A stretch of DNA of 64,000 nucleotides from an uncultured Actinomycetota bacterium. GTDB lineage: Bacteria > Actinomycetota > Actinomycetes > Mycobacteriales > SCTD01. The notes below the pieces were generated by a model. It made no database searches. It saw only the letters and a program-made list of their open reading frames with translations, and had not been told where the DNA came from. Of the stretch, positions 19,098-29,217 are shown piece after piece (position 1 is the first letter of the stretch; every line of letters starts with the position of its first letter). Made by a program: the position numbers and the translations under genes. The stretch lies in assembly GCA_963761695.1 (NCBI GenBank), contig CAVXIB010000016.1:229858-293857 (forward strand). Reading direction: 5' to 3'.

Positions 19098-20239
19098 GCG
19101 TCCGACGCCGCGGCGTCGGGTGCGGCGGCTGCCGGGGTCGCCCGGCCGGGCCGGCGCGCGCGGTACGCCGGCCGACGGCGCGCGTGCGGCGGCGGCACGT
19201 CGGCGCGGGGGCGGCGACCGCGTCGGGCCGCGACCGGCGTCGTCTCCAGGTCGAGGCCAAGCTGGCCCGCAAGACGATCGGGCGGCCGACCGAGAGCGCG
19301 CCCGACGCCAGCGGCGCCTACGGCCGCGGGCGCAGGGCCGGCGGCCGCTGCGCCTCGTCGTGCTCGGCGACTCCGCGGCCGCCGGCCTGGGCGTCGAGCG
19401 GGCCGACCAGACCCCCGGCGCGCTGCTCGCCGGCGGGCATCGCCCGCGACCTCGGCCGGCGGGTCGAGCTGCGACTCGTGGCCAAGACCGGGAGCCCGCT
19501 CGGCGGCGCTCGACACCCAGGTGGGGCGGGCCCTGCGACGCCCGGTCGACCTCGCCTTCGTGCTGGTGGGGGCGAACGACGTCACCCACAGGGTGCCGAC
19601 CGCGGACGCCGCGCGCGACCTGGCCCGCGCCGTGCGGACCCTGCGCGCGGCGGGGGCCGCGGTGGTCGTCGGCACCTGCCCGGACCTCGGCACGCGTGCA
19701 AGCCCGCTGCTGCAGCCGCTGCGCACCTACGCCCGCTACGCCAGTCGCCGGCTGGCCGCCGCGCAGACGGTCGCCGTCGTCGAGGAGGGCGGCCACGCGG
19801 TCTCCCTCGGTGACCTGCTCGGCCGCAGCTTCGCCCGTGAGCCCGCCCTGTGGAGCGCGGACCGCTTCCACCCGTCCGCGCAGGGCTACCGCCGGATGGC
19901 CGACGCCGTCCTGCCGAGCCTGCTGGAGGCCGCCGGCGTGCGCATCCCGGTCAGCGTGCCGCTCAGCGACAGCGTGCAGGACGTCGCGCTCGCGGCGAGC
20001 GTGGCCGCCCGCGAGCCCGGCCTCGCCGTCGAGACCGTGGAGGGCAGCGACGGCATCGCCGGGAACGGTCCCGGCCGACTCGCCCGCCTGACCCGGCGCC
20101 TGCCGCTCGTCGGCCGCGGAGCCCCCGCCGGCGCGAGGCCGACCTGCCCCGGACGCCGCTGCGACGCCGGCGCGACGCGCGGACGAGGCGCGCGACCCCG
20201 ACGTCCCCGGCCTCTGGCGCTCTGGACACGGCGCCGTAA
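19094..20239 (+). pseudogene. SGNH/GDSL-type hydrolase; frame breaks, 3' end uncertain (candidate stops at 20091, 20239, 20303)
   Basis: GTG 19094 overlaps the MBL stop (GTGA). Pieces: ..LRLVVLGDSAAAGLGV (GDS block, shifted frame), DLAFVLVGANDVTH, VVVGTCPDLG and ..SADRFHPSAQGYRRMADAV (DxxH block) in ORF 19521..20303. Confidence 0.65.
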
Positions 20240-20252
20240 TCTCGCCTTGACC

Positions 20253-20269
20253 GAACCGTGTTCTAGAAC
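20253..20269. promoter_or_regulatory. candidate operator: GAAC-cgt-GTTC-ta-GAAC (contains the 10-bp perfect palindrome GTTCTAGAAC)
   Basis: Read directly at 20253-20269. It lies about 20-35 nt upstream of the thiolase GTG (20288) and its AGGAG at 20278-20282. Confidence 0.25.
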
Positions 20270-20287
20270 CGACCCCCAGGAGTCCTC

Positions 20288-21509
20288 GTGCCCGAGGCAG
20301 TGATCGTCTCGACCGCCCGCACGCCGATCGGCCGGGCCTTCAAAGGCTCCCTCGTCAGCGCCCGCCCCGACGACCTCGCCGCCTTCGCCGTGCAGGCCGC
20401 GCTCGACAAGGTCCCGGCGCTGCGGGTCAGCGACATCGACGACCTGATGATGGGCTGCGGCCAGCCGGCCGGCGAGGCCGGCTTCAACATCGGCCGCGTC
20501 GTGGCCGTCAAGCTCGGCTACGACTGCCTGCCCGGCACCACGGTGAACCGGTACTGCTCCTCCTCGCTGCAGACCACCCGCATGGCCTTCCACGCCATCA
20601 TGTCCGGCGAGGGCGAGGCCTTCATCTCGGCCGGCGTCGAGGCCGTCTCCCGCTTCGGCAACGGCATGGCCGACATCGGCCGACGCGCAGAACCCCGTCT
20701 TCGCCGAGGCCGTGGCCCGCACCGCCGCGACCATCGAGTCCGGGGCCAGCGACTGGAACGACCCGCGCATGGCGGGCAACCTCCCCGACGTCTACATCGC
20801 GATGCTCCAGACGGCCGAGAACGTCGCGAACTGGAAGAACATCTCGCGCGCCGACATGGACGAGTTCGCCGCCCGCTCGCAGAACCTGGCCGAGAAGGCC
20901 ATCGCGAACGGCTTCTGGGCGCGCGAGATCTCCCCGTACACGCTCGCGGACGGCACCGTCGTCGACAAGGACGACTGCCCCCGCGCCGGCGCCTCGGTCG
21001 AGGCCATGAGCGGCCTCAAGACCGTCTCCGGCCGCCCCGACGGCAAGGTCACCGCCGGCAACGCCTGCCCGCTGAACGACGGCGCCGCCGCCGTCGTCGT
21101 CATGAGCGCCGACAAGGCGAAGGCCCTCGGCCTCACGCCGCTCGCGCGCATCGTCTCGACCGCCGTCACCGGCCTGTCGCCCGAGGTCATGGGCCACGGC
21201 CCGGCCGACGCCATCAAGCTCGCCCTGAAGCGGGCCGGCAAGGGCGTCGACGACATCGACCTGTACGAGATCAACGAGGCCTTCGCGGCCCAGGTGCTCT
21301 CCTCGCAGCGCGAGGTCGGCATCGACATCGACAAGCTGAACGTCCACGGTGGCGCCATCGCCGTCGGCCACCCCTTCGGCATGACCGGTGCCCGCATCAC
21401 CGGCACGCTGCTCAACGGCCTGCAGACCCTCGACAAGCAGTTCGGCGTCGAGAGCATGTGCGTCGGCGGCGGCATGGGCATGGCGATGGTCATCGAGCGC
21501 CTCAGCTAG
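20288..21509 (+). pseudogene. acetyl-CoA C-acetyltransferase (thiolase); one frame break near 20680
   Basis: N-part: MPEAVIVSTARTPIGRAFKGSL..VNRYCSSSLQTT (active-site Cys context). C-part is ORF 20712..21509 (..NACPLNDGAAAVVVMS..NVHGGAIAVGHPFGMTGARI..CVGGGMGMAMVIERL). Confidence 0.85.
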
Positions 21510-21525
21510 TTCTCGGCACTCCCGG

Positions 21526-21555
21526 CGCGGGGGCTCCCTTCGGGGGGCTCCCGCG
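21526..21555. terminator. GC-rich hairpin between convergent genes
   Basis: CGCGGG-g-GCTCCC-ttcg-GGGGGC-t-CCCGCG, read directly. It sits 17 nt after the thiolase stop. There is no clear T-tract. Confidence 0.45.
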
Positions 21556-21578
21556 TCGGCGTTCCCGCCCCACTGCGG

Positions 21579-21970
21579 TCAGCCCGGACCGGCCGGCTCC
21601 GGCGCCCAGGAGCACGCTGCGGGAGGCAGCCGGACGGCCAGGCCCGGGGGGACGGGCTCGTCGAGCAGGTGCGTGCGGTGCAGGAGCAGGTGCGCGGTGG
21701 CCGCCCCGCGACGTCGTCGCCCGGTGCGCTGCGCACGAGGTCGTCGGCCGCGACCGCGAGCTGGTCGGCCAGCACGAGGTCGCCGTCCAGGCGGGGCAGG
21801 CGAACCGGTGCGCCCGACAGGGCCGCGAGCTCGGCCGCCAGGTGGTGCACGACGTCGGCGCGGGTGTGCCCGGGCAGGGCCTGCGCGGCGTACCGGACCG
21901 CCGTCCAGGTGCGCAGCCGGCCGACCAGCGACCCCGCCTCACGGGCCAGCAGGTCGCGGGACGAGGACAC
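21579..21970 (-). pseudogene. hypothetical protein; probable frame break near 21700
   Basis: ORF 21506..21970 starts MSSSRDLLAREAGSLVGRLRTWTAVRYAAQALPGHTRADVVHHLAAELAAL.. After ..APGDDVAG the third frame reads ATAHLLLHRTHLLDEPVPPGLAVRLPP.. and stops at 21579. That stop would leave the hairpin at 21526-21555 intergenic. Confidence 0.4.
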
Positions 21971-21992
21971 GCCCCAAGGTTAGGGTCCGCCC

Positions 21993-23351
21993 ATGCGGAC
22001 CGTCGCCGCCCTGCTGCTCGTCCCCGCGCTGACGCTCGCGGGGCCACTGCCCGCCGGGGCCGCTCCGGCCGCGCCGGCCTGCCCCGCCGCCTACGCCGCC
22101 CCCGATCCCGCGCGTCCGGTGCTGCTCGCGGACATCGCGGTCGACGGCCGTGGGACGGCGTCCGGAACCGTCCGCTACCTGTTCACCCCGGACCGCCCGA
22201 CCGGTGAGGTCGTGCTCCGCCTGTGGGGCGAGGCGCCCCGGCCCCGGGCCCGCGGTGGACGGGTCACGGTCGGCCGGGTCGTCGTGGAGGGCGTGGCCCG
22301 CAACGTGCAGCGGCCCTCGCCCACGCTGCTGCGGATCCCGCTGGCCGGCCGCACGCCCGCCGGCCGGCAGATCACCGTCGACGTCGCCTTCTCGCTGCGG
22401 CTCCCCACGGGGGCGGACGACCGCCTGGGCTTTCGCAGCGGCACCTCCTGGCTCGGTAGCGGCCTGCCCCTGCTGGCCTGGGAACGCGGCCGCGGCTGGG
22501 CCACCGAACCGGCGACGGCCGGCTTCGCCGAGGCCTCGACGAGCGAGGCCATGCAGGTGCGGCGCCTCGCGGTCACCCGCCCGGCCGGCCAGCAGGTCCT
22601 GGCCACCGGGGCGAGAGTCTCCGACGACGGGCGGACGGCGGTGTTCCGCGCCCGGGCCGCCCGCGACCTGCTGATCACCAGCGGGCAGTTCCGGGTGGCG
22701 ACCACGACCGCGGTCACCGGAGGCGGGAACGTCCCGGTCGAGGTCGGGGTGGCCCCGGGGCTGCCGGACGACCCCGCGGCGGTGGCCCGCGAGCTGTCGC
22801 GCGCCGTCCGGGCCCACGCCTCCCGCTTCGGTCCGTACCCGTTCGAGCGGCTCGTGGCCGCCGTCGTGCCCGACCTGCGCGGCGGCGTGGAGCAGCCCGG
22901 TGCGGTCCTGCTCGGGACCGGCCAGGGCGCCCCGACCGACCCCACCGGCAGCCACGAGGTCGCCCACCTGTGGTTCTACGGGCTCGTCGGCAACGACCAG
23001 GCGCGCGACCCGTGGCTCGACGAGTCCTTCGCCACCTACGCCGAGGCGCTCGACCGCGGCACCGGACCCGGCTACGAGCGCACCGCCATCCCGGCCGACG
23101 CCGCCCGGCGCACCGGAGCCCCGATGACCTACTGGGAGGGCCGCACGTCGTACTACCGCGGGGTCTACGTCCAGGGGGCGGCGGCGCTCCTGCGGGCGCG
23201 ACGGGCCGCGGGCGCTGCGGCGTTCGACCGCGCGCTCGGCTGCCACGTCCGGCGCAACGCCCAGCGGCTCGCGACGCCGGCCGACCTCGCCCGGTCGCTG
23301 CAGCACCTGCCCGCCGCCGTGGCCGAGCTCGAACGGGCCGGAGCTCTGTAG
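21993..23351 (+). CDS. secreted zinc metallopeptidase, M1-like gluzincin (HExxH-x18-E)
   Basis: Intact 452-aa ORF. Signal peptide MRTVAALLLVPALTLAGPLPAGAAP; motif GSHEVAHLWFYGLVGNDQARDPWLDESFATYAE. Confidence 0.8.
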   Translation: MRTVAALLLVPALTLAGPLPAGAAPAAPACPAAYAAPDPARPVLLADIAVDGRGTASGTVRYLFTPDRPTGEVVLRLWGEAPRPRARGGRVTVGRVVVEGVARNVQRPSPTLLRIPLAGRTPAGRQITVDVAFSLRLPTGADDRLGFRSGTSWLGSGLPLLAWERGRGWATEPATAGFAEASTSEAMQVRRLAVTRPAGQQVLATGARVSDDGRTAVFRARAARDLLITSGQFRVATTTAVTGGGNVPVEVGVAPGLPDDPAAVARELSRAVRAHASRFGPYPFERLVAAVVPDLRGGVEQPGAVLLGTGQGAPTDPTGSHEVAHLWFYGLVGNDQARDPWLDESFATYAEALDRGTGPGYERTAIPADAARRTGAPMTYWEGRTSYYRGVYVQGAAALLRARRAAGAAAFDRALGCHVRRNAQRLATPADLARSLQHLPAAVAELERAGAL

Positions 23352-23455
23352 CTCGGCTCTGCGCAGGCTCGGCGGCCGTCCGCCCGCGGACCAGGCAGAC
23401 TGACTGCCGTGACGCCTGCCAGACGCCCGCGCCCGACCCGCCGCCGGCTCCGCCC

Positions 23456-24772
23456 GTGATCGCCGCCCTGCTCGGCGTGCTCGCCGTCCTGCTGCTCACC
23501 GCCGGGACGGCCCTGTTCGTCGCCGCCGAGTTCAGCCTGGTCGCCGTCGAACGCCCGCAGCTCGAGCAGGCCGAGCGCGACGGCGACCCCGGCGCCCGAC
23601 GCGTGCTCCAGTCGGTGCGCACGCTGTCGTTCCAGCTGTCGGGGGCCCAGCTGGGCATCACCATGACCACCCTGGTGGTCGGCTTCATCGCCGAGCCGTC
23701 CTTCTCGGCCTTCGTCGGCCCGCCGCTGGAGGCCGCCGGCCTTCCCACGGGGCTGGCCGCCGCCCTGGCGCTCGGCGTCGCCCTGCTCATCGCGACCGTG
23801 CTGCAGATCCTGCTCGGCGAGCTCGTCCCCAAGAACCTGGCGATCGCCCGGCCCTTCCCTACGGCGCGCGCCGTCTCCGGACCCCTGCGGGTGTTCAGCG
23901 CCCTGCTGCGCCCCCTCATCAGCGCCTGCAACTCCAGCGCCAACGCGGTGGTGCGGCGGTTCGGCATCGAACCGCAGGAGGAGCTGCGCTCGGCCCGGTC
24001 GGCCGCCGAGCTGGGCAGCCTCGTCCGCTCCTCCGTCGAGGAGGGCACGATCGACGAGCAGACCGCCACCATGCTCACCCGGTCCCTGGCCTTCGGTGAC
24101 CGCACCGCCGGCGACGTCATGACCCCGCGCATGCAGATGCTCAGCCTCGACCAGGGCGAGTCGGTGGCGCGGCTGCTCGAGCTGGCCCACGAGTCCGGGC
24201 ACTCCCGCTTCCCGGTCGAGGGCAACGACGGCGTCGACGACGTCATCGGCGTCGTCCACGTCAAGAAGGCCTTCGCCGTCGCCCGCGACGAACGACGCCG
24301 CACCCGGGTCAGCCAGGTGATGGGACCGGTGGCCCGCGTGCCGGAGACCCTGCACTGCGACGAGCTGCTGCGGACGCTGCGCGAACCCGGCCTGCAGATG
24401 GCCGTCGTCATCGACGAGTACGGCGGCACCGCCGGAGTGGTCACGCTCGAGGACCTCGTCGAGGAGCTCGTCGGCGAGGTCGACGACGAGCACGACGCCC
24501 CCAGCCGGCCCGACGTGGAACGGCGGCCCGACCACTCGCTCGTGCTCTCCGGGCTGCTGCGCGACGACCAGGTGGCCGACGCCTGCGACCTCGTCCTGCC
24601 GGAGGGGCCCTACGACACGCTCGGCGGCCTGGTCATGCAGCGCCTGGGCCGGATCCCCGTGCGCGGCGACGTCGTCGAGGTCGACGGCTGGACCCTCACG
24701 GTGCTCGAGCTCGACGGACGCCGGGTCGACCGCGTCCAGCTCAGCCCGCCCACCCCGGAGCCGCAGCCGTGA
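23456..24772 (+). CDS. CNNM/CorC-family protein (DUF21 membrane domain + CBS pair + CorC_HlyC)
   Basis: In-frame GTG 23456 within ORF 22970..24772. Sequence: VIAALLGVLAVLLLTAGTALFVAAEFSLVAV..LLGELVPKNLAI..VMTPRMQM..VIDEYGGTAGVVTLEDLVEELVGEV.. Confidence 0.85.
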   Translation: MIAALLGVLAVLLLTAGTALFVAAEFSLVAVERPQLEQAERDGDPGARRVLQSVRTLSFQLSGAQLGITMTTLVVGFIAEPSFSAFVGPPLEAAGLPTGLAAALALGVALLIATVLQILLGELVPKNLAIARPFPTARAVSGPLRVFSALLRPLISACNSSANAVVRRFGIEPQEELRSARSAAELGSLVRSSVEEGTIDEQTATMLTRSLAFGDRTAGDVMTPRMQMLSLDQGESVARLLELAHESGHSRFPVEGNDGVDDVIGVVHVKKAFAVARDERRRTRVSQVMGPVARVPETLHCDELLRTLREPGLQMAVVIDEYGGTAGVVTLEDLVEELVGEVDDEHDAPSRPDVERRPDHSLVLSGLLRDDQVADACDLVLPEGPYDTLGGLVMQRLGRIPVRGDVVEVDGWTLTVLELDGRRVDRVQLSPPTPEPQP

Positions 24773-25860
24773 CCGCCCTGAACCTGCTCGTCGCCGTCCT
24801 GCTGCTGCTGGGCAACGCCTTCTTCGTCGGGGCCGAGTTCGCGGTCATCAGCGTGCGGCGCAGTCAGGTCGAGCCGCTGGCCGAGGGCAGCCGCCGGGCC
24901 CGGACCGTCCTGGAGGCCCTCAAGCAGCTGTCGCTCATGCTCGCGGCGGCGCAGCTGGGCATCACGCTGTGCTCGCTCGGGCTCGGCGCGGTGGCCGAGC
25001 CGGCCGTGGCGCACCTGTTCGAAGGAGCGCTCGAGGCCGCCCACGTGCCGGAGCAGCTCCTGCACCCGATCGCCTTCGCCGTCGCGCTGTCGATGGTCGT
25101 CTTCCTGCACATGGTGCTCGGGGAGATGGTGCCCAAGAACATCGCCATCGCCTCGCCGGAGCGGGCCGCCGTCGTGCTGGTCCCGGCCCTGTTCCGCTTC
25201 GCCACGATGACCGGTCCGGTGCTCCGCGGCCTCAACGCCACCGGGAACGCCCTGCTGCGGGCCTTCGACGTCGAGCCCAAGGACGAGCTGGCGTCGTCGT
25301 TCTCGCCGGACGAGCTGGCCGGGATCATCGCGCACAGCCGCGAGGAGGGGCTGCTCGACGAGGAGGAGCACGAGCGGCTCTCCGGCGCGCTCGAGCTCGG
25401 CTCGCAGCCCGCCACCAGCGTCATGCTGCCCCTGGACCGCCTGGTGACCGTGCCCGCGGGGGTCACCGCCGACGAGCTCGAGGAGCTGGTGGTCATCACC
25501 GGCTTCTCCCGCTTCCCGGTGCGCGCCGACTCCGAGGTCGACCCCCTGTCGCCCGCGGCCGTGGGCGGAAGCCTGCTGGGCTTCGTCCACGTCAAGGACG
25601 TGCTCGGGCTGTCCGAGCGGGAGCGCCGCGACCCCCTCGTGCAGCGCCGGCTGCGGCGGATGCCGGGCGTGCCCGCGGACCTGCCGCTGGCCGAGGTCCT
25701 CGCGCTGCTGCAGCGGCAGAAGAGCCACCTCGGCCAGGTGCTCGACGCCGCGGGCAACGCCCTGGGCGTGATCGCGCTGGAGGACGTGGTGGAGCAGTTC
25801 GTCGGCGAGGTCGAGGACGAGAACACGCCGCTCAACGCCCCGGCCCTCACCGAGCGCTGA
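24769..25860 (+). CDS. CNNM/CorC-family protein (DUF21 + CBS pair), second paralogue
   Basis: Intact 363-aa ORF with a 4-nt overlap with the previous gene. Sequence: ..LLLLGNAFFVGAEFAVISVRRSQ..VLGEMVPKNIAI..VIALEDVVEQFVGEV. Confidence 0.85.
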   Translation: MTALNLLVAVLLLLGNAFFVGAEFAVISVRRSQVEPLAEGSRRARTVLEALKQLSLMLAAAQLGITLCSLGLGAVAEPAVAHLFEGALEAAHVPEQLLHPIAFAVALSMVVFLHMVLGEMVPKNIAIASPERAAVVLVPALFRFATMTGPVLRGLNATGNALLRAFDVEPKDELASSFSPDELAGIIAHSREEGLLDEEEHERLSGALELGSQPATSVMLPLDRLVTVPAGVTADELEELVVITGFSRFPVRADSEVDPLSPAAVGGSLLGFVHVKDVLGLSERERRDPLVQRRLRRMPGVPADLPLAEVLALLQRQKSHLGQVLDAAGNALGVIALEDVVEQFVGEVEDENTPLNAPALTER

Positions 25861-25884
25861 CGCCCCCGCCCCGGACAGCGCGAC

Positions 25885-25916
25885 GGGCCGCCACCCCGGC
25901 GAGGGGAGGGCGGCCC
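25885..25916. terminator. GC-rich hairpin between convergent genes
   Basis: GGGCCGCC-a-CCCC-ggcga-GGGG-a-GGGCGGCCC, read directly. It lies between the CNNM stop (25860) and the BI-1 stop (25937). Confidence 0.45.
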
Positions 25917-25936
25917 GTGGGTCGTGCGGCGGGTCG

Positions 25937-26724
25937 CTAGTCGCGGCCCTGCAGGTAGCTCAGCAGGCGGAGCACCTCGAGGTAGAGCCAGACGAGCCCG
26001 ACGACGAGCCCGAAGGCGATGCGCCAGGACTCGCGCTCGGGCGACACCGGCCGCGACCATGCGCTCGGCCTGGTCGAAGTCGAGGACGAAGGTCAGCGCG
26101 CCGAAGGTGATGAAGGCAACGCTGAACAGAATGGACAGCGGCAGGTTGTCGCCGCGGATGCCGAGCGCGTCACCGTCGCCGAACAGGCCGACGACGACGT
26201 TGACCAGCAGCAGCCCGAACAGGCCGAGGAAGGCCGTGGTGACGACCTTGCGGAACTTGGGCGTGTTGCGCAGGGCCCCGGAGCGGTAGGCCAGCAGGAC
26301 GCCGCCGAAGACGGTGGCCGTGCCGATGACGGCCTGGGTGACGATGCCGTTGCCGAACACGCTGTTGTAGTACGTGGCTGATGCCGCCGAGGAAGACACC
26401 CTCGAGCGCCGCGTAGGCCAGGACCAGCGGCGGGCTGACCTGCTTCTTGAACATGTTGACGAGTGCGAGGACGAAGCCGGCGAGCCCGGCAAGGACCGCG
26501 ACACCGAGCGGAAGGTCCGCTGCCCAGGTGACCGCGCCGGTCACGACGATGATGCCGAGCAGGATGCCGGTCTTCATGACGATGTCGTCGAAGGTCAGGC
26601 GCTGGGGGGTGTTGTAGAGCTCGCCGAGCTGGCCGGCGCTGGGGGTGGGGTAGCCCGAGCCCCGCAGGCTCTCGTGAAGCGCGGTGCTGCGCTGGAACAC
26701 GGGGTTGCTGGACTGACGTGCCAT
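25937..26724 (-). pseudogene. Bax inhibitor-1/YccA family membrane protein; two frame breaks
   Basis: N-part is ORF 26170..26724 (MARQSSNPVFQRS..TFDDIVMKTGILLGIIVV..LAYAALEGVFLGGIS). The middle is in ORF 24864..26504 (YYNSVFGNGIVTQAVIGTATVFGGVLLAY..LSILFSVAFITFGALTFVLDFDQAERMV). The final residues ..LYLEVLRLLSYLQGRD are in a third frame, with the stop at 25937. Confidence 0.75.
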
Positions 26725-26858
26725 CAGGTTGCTGCTCCTCTGCCCGGTCCTCGGACGGGACCTTGCCCCCAGTACAACGCACCCGGACCGGGAACGGTGC
26801 CCGGCAGCGCCGGACGTGTGCAGGTCGTGACCTTGCCGGGAGTCGGCAGTCTGCGGGG

Positions 26859-26941
26859 TACCCGGAGCGGGATTCGAACCCGCGATCCCTGTCGGGCAGG
26901 AGGGTTTAAGCCTCCCGTGTATACCGCTCCACCACCCGGGC
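26859..26941 (-). tRNA. tRNA-Leu (anticodon UAA), class II with long variable arm
   Basis: Reverse complement: GCCCGGGTGGTGGAGCGGTATACACGGGAGGCTTAAACCCTCCTGCCCGACAGGGATCGCGGGTTCGAATCCCGCTCCGGGTA. Anticodon stem GGAGG/CCTCC with loop CTTAAAC; T-arm GCGGG-TTCGAAT-CCCGC; the acceptor pairs with two G-U pairs. Confidence 0.85.
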
Positions 26942-26973
26942 CGGGCGGTCCCGATCGTAGGCGCAGGCTTTGG

Positions 26974-27703
26974 TCAGCCCTCCGCGAGCACCCGCGCCCG
27001 GGCCAGGACGGCGTCGAGCATGGGTTCGGTGAGCCGGCCGGTGAAGGTGTTCTGCTGGCTGACGTGGTAGCAGCCCAGCACCGTCAGGCCGCCCGGGAGC
27101 GCCACCTCGGCCCCGTGGCCGAACCGCGGCACGGGGCTCGGCACCTCGACGCCCGCGCGGCGCAGGACCGGCCACAGCGCCTGCCAGCCGAAGCCGCCCA
27201 GGACCACGACGGCGCGGGCCGTCGGCAGCAGGAAGGGCCACTCGGCCTCGAGCCACTGGCTGCAGGTGTCACGCTCGGCACGGTGGGCTTGTTGGCCGGA
27301 GGAGCGCACCGCACCGGCAGGGTGATCCGGGTGTCGATCAGCCGCAGGCCGTCGTCCGCGGAGGTCGACGTCGGCTGGTTGGCCAGCCCCGCACGGTGCA
27401 GCGCGGCGAACAGCCAGTCGCCGCTGCGGTCGCCGGTGAAGATGCGGCCCGGTGCGGTTGCCGCCGTGCGCCGCCGGCGCCAGCCCCACCACCACGATCC
27501 GCGCGTCGGCCGGACCCTGACCGGTCACCGGGCGTCCCCAGTAGGTCTGGTCGCGCGAACGAGGCCCGCTTGTCGACGGCCACCTGCTCGCGCCAGGCCA
27601 CCAGGCGCGGGCAGGCGCGGCAGACCGACGACCTGGCGTCGAGCTCGTCCAGGCTGGGCGCGTCCCGGGCCAGCCGCGCGACGTCGTCGCGGTCGGCGGC
27701 CAC
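26974..27703 (-). pseudogene. udgB: uracil-DNA glycosylase, family 5 (UdgB-type, Fe-S); several frame breaks
   Basis: Pieces: ..[33 protein letters not shown] (ORF 27338..27703), [32 protein letters not shown], and ..[50 protein letters not shown] (tail of ORF 26974..29250). As I recall, the [13 protein letters not shown] motif is characteristic of family 5. Confidence 0.7.
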
Positions 27704-27754
27704 GGGGGTGTCCGCCGTGGCGAGGTCGGTCGGGGAAGCCGCTGCCGGGCTCGA

Positions 27755-28688
27755 TCACGGAGCGGTCGGGAGCCGCGCTGCGCTCCAGGCGAGCCCGTCG
27801 AGGATGTCGCTCTCGCTGACCACCACCTCGGCCAGGCCGAGCCGGTCGACGAGCGTCCGCAGCACCAGCGCGCCCGCACCGATGACGTCGACCCGGCCGG
27901 GGTGCATGTACGGCAGCTCGGCCCGGGCGCGCGCGGGCATCTCGAGCAGCGACGGTGCAGGCCGCCACGGTGTCCGCGGCGGGCAGCCGCGCCAGGTGGA
28001 TGCGCCGCGCTGTCGTAGCGGGTCAGCCCCAGGGCGTGCGCGGCGACGGTGGTGACCGACCCGGCCAGGCCGAGGAAGCGTGCGGGCCACTCGACCGGCA
28101 CGACCTCGCGCACCTGCTCGAGCGCGGCGTCGACGTCGGCCTCGGCCGCCGTCACCTGCGCGGGCGTCGGCGGGTCGTCGTGCAGGTGCCGCTCGGTCAG
28201 CCGCACGCAGCCGACGTCGACCGACCGGGACGCCGTGACCGCCCGTGGTGCCCAGGACGACCTCGGTGGAGCCTCCGCCGATGTCGGCGACGAGGAACGG
28301 GCCCTGCTCCGGGTCAGGCCGCGGGTGGCGCCGTCGAAGGACAGGGCCGCCTCCTCCTCGCCGGTGATGACCTCGGGCGCGACGCCGAGGACGTCCTGCA
28401 CCATCGGCGACGAACTCCGACCGGTTCTCGGCGTCGCGGGTGGCCGAGGTCGCCACCATGCGCACGCGGTCCGCACCGAGCTCGCGCACGAGCGCGGCGT
28501 AGTCGGTCGAGCGCCGTCCCGGTGCGGCTCAGCGCGGCCCGGCCCAGCCGTCCGGTGCGGTCGACCCCCTCGCCCAGCCGCACCACGCGCATCTCGCGGT
28601 GCAGGTCGTGCTTGCGCGTGCCCTCGACGTCGGCCACCAGCAGGCGGATCGAGTTGGTGCCGCAGTCGACGACCGCCACCCTGGTCAC
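27755..28688 (-). pseudogene. ppx: exopolyphosphatase / Ppx-GppA family phosphatase; many frame breaks
   Basis: GTG 28688 gives MTRVAVVDCGTNSIRLLVADV..VVRLGEGVDRTG. The next pieces, RMVATSATRDAENRSEF, GEEEAALSFDGATRGL, FLVADIGGGSTEVVLG and ..HPGRVDVIGAGALVLRTLVDRLGLAEVVVSESDILDG, are spread over three frames. Confidence 0.75.
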
Positions 28689-29217
28689 GGGGGACAGCTC
28701 GGTGCAGCTTCTTGCCGGGCACGGCGTCGGGGTCGTCAGGGTCGACGCACGGGCCGGACTCCCACCAGTCGGGCAGCGCCGCGAGCGCCTCGTCGCCGAA
28801 CGGGTTGATGCCCGGCCCGACGGCGAGGCTGTGCGCCACGAGGACGTGCAGGCACTTGACCCGCACCGGCATGCCGCCCTGTGCCGGAACCCCCTCGAGC
28901 ACCTCGTGGGCGTCGCGCCGGGCCACGTAGTCGTCGGCGGCGGCCTCGTAGCGGGCCCGCAGCTCCGGGTCGGCGTCGAGGCGCTCGGTCATCTCCCTCA
29001 TCAGGCCCTCGGACTCCAGCGTGCCGATCCGCGAGGCGAGCTTGGGGCAGGTGAGGTAGTAGAGGGTGGGGAAGGGCGCGCCGTCGGGCAGCCGCGGGGC
29101 GGTCTCCACGACGTCGGGCAGGGCGCACGGGCAGCGGTGGGCCACCGAGGTCATGGCCCGCGGGGTGCGGCCCAGCTGCAGCTCGACGGCGCGGCGGTCC
29201 CGGTCCGGGGCGGTCAC
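28685..29217 (-). pseudogene. DUF501 family protein; 3' end unresolved (the reading frame runs on into ppx as assembled)
   Basis: GTG 29217 overlaps the ftsB-like stop (GTGA). Sequence: VTAPDRDRRAVELQLGRTPRAMTSVAHRCPCALPDVVETAPRL..FPTLYYLTCPKL..VKCLHVLVAHSLA..ALPDWWESGPC. There is no in-frame stop before ppx. The TGA at 28685-28687, which overlaps the ppx GTG, is in another frame. Confidence 0.65.

Noticed and set aside
20253-20263. LexA/Cheo-type SOS box (GAAC-N4-GTTC) upstream of the thiolase
   Set aside because: The spacer here is 3 nt (GAAC-cgt-GTTC), not 4. The flanking bases do not match the TCGAAC..GTTCGA consensus, and a thiolase is not an expected SOS gene. I kept it only as a generic operator candidate.
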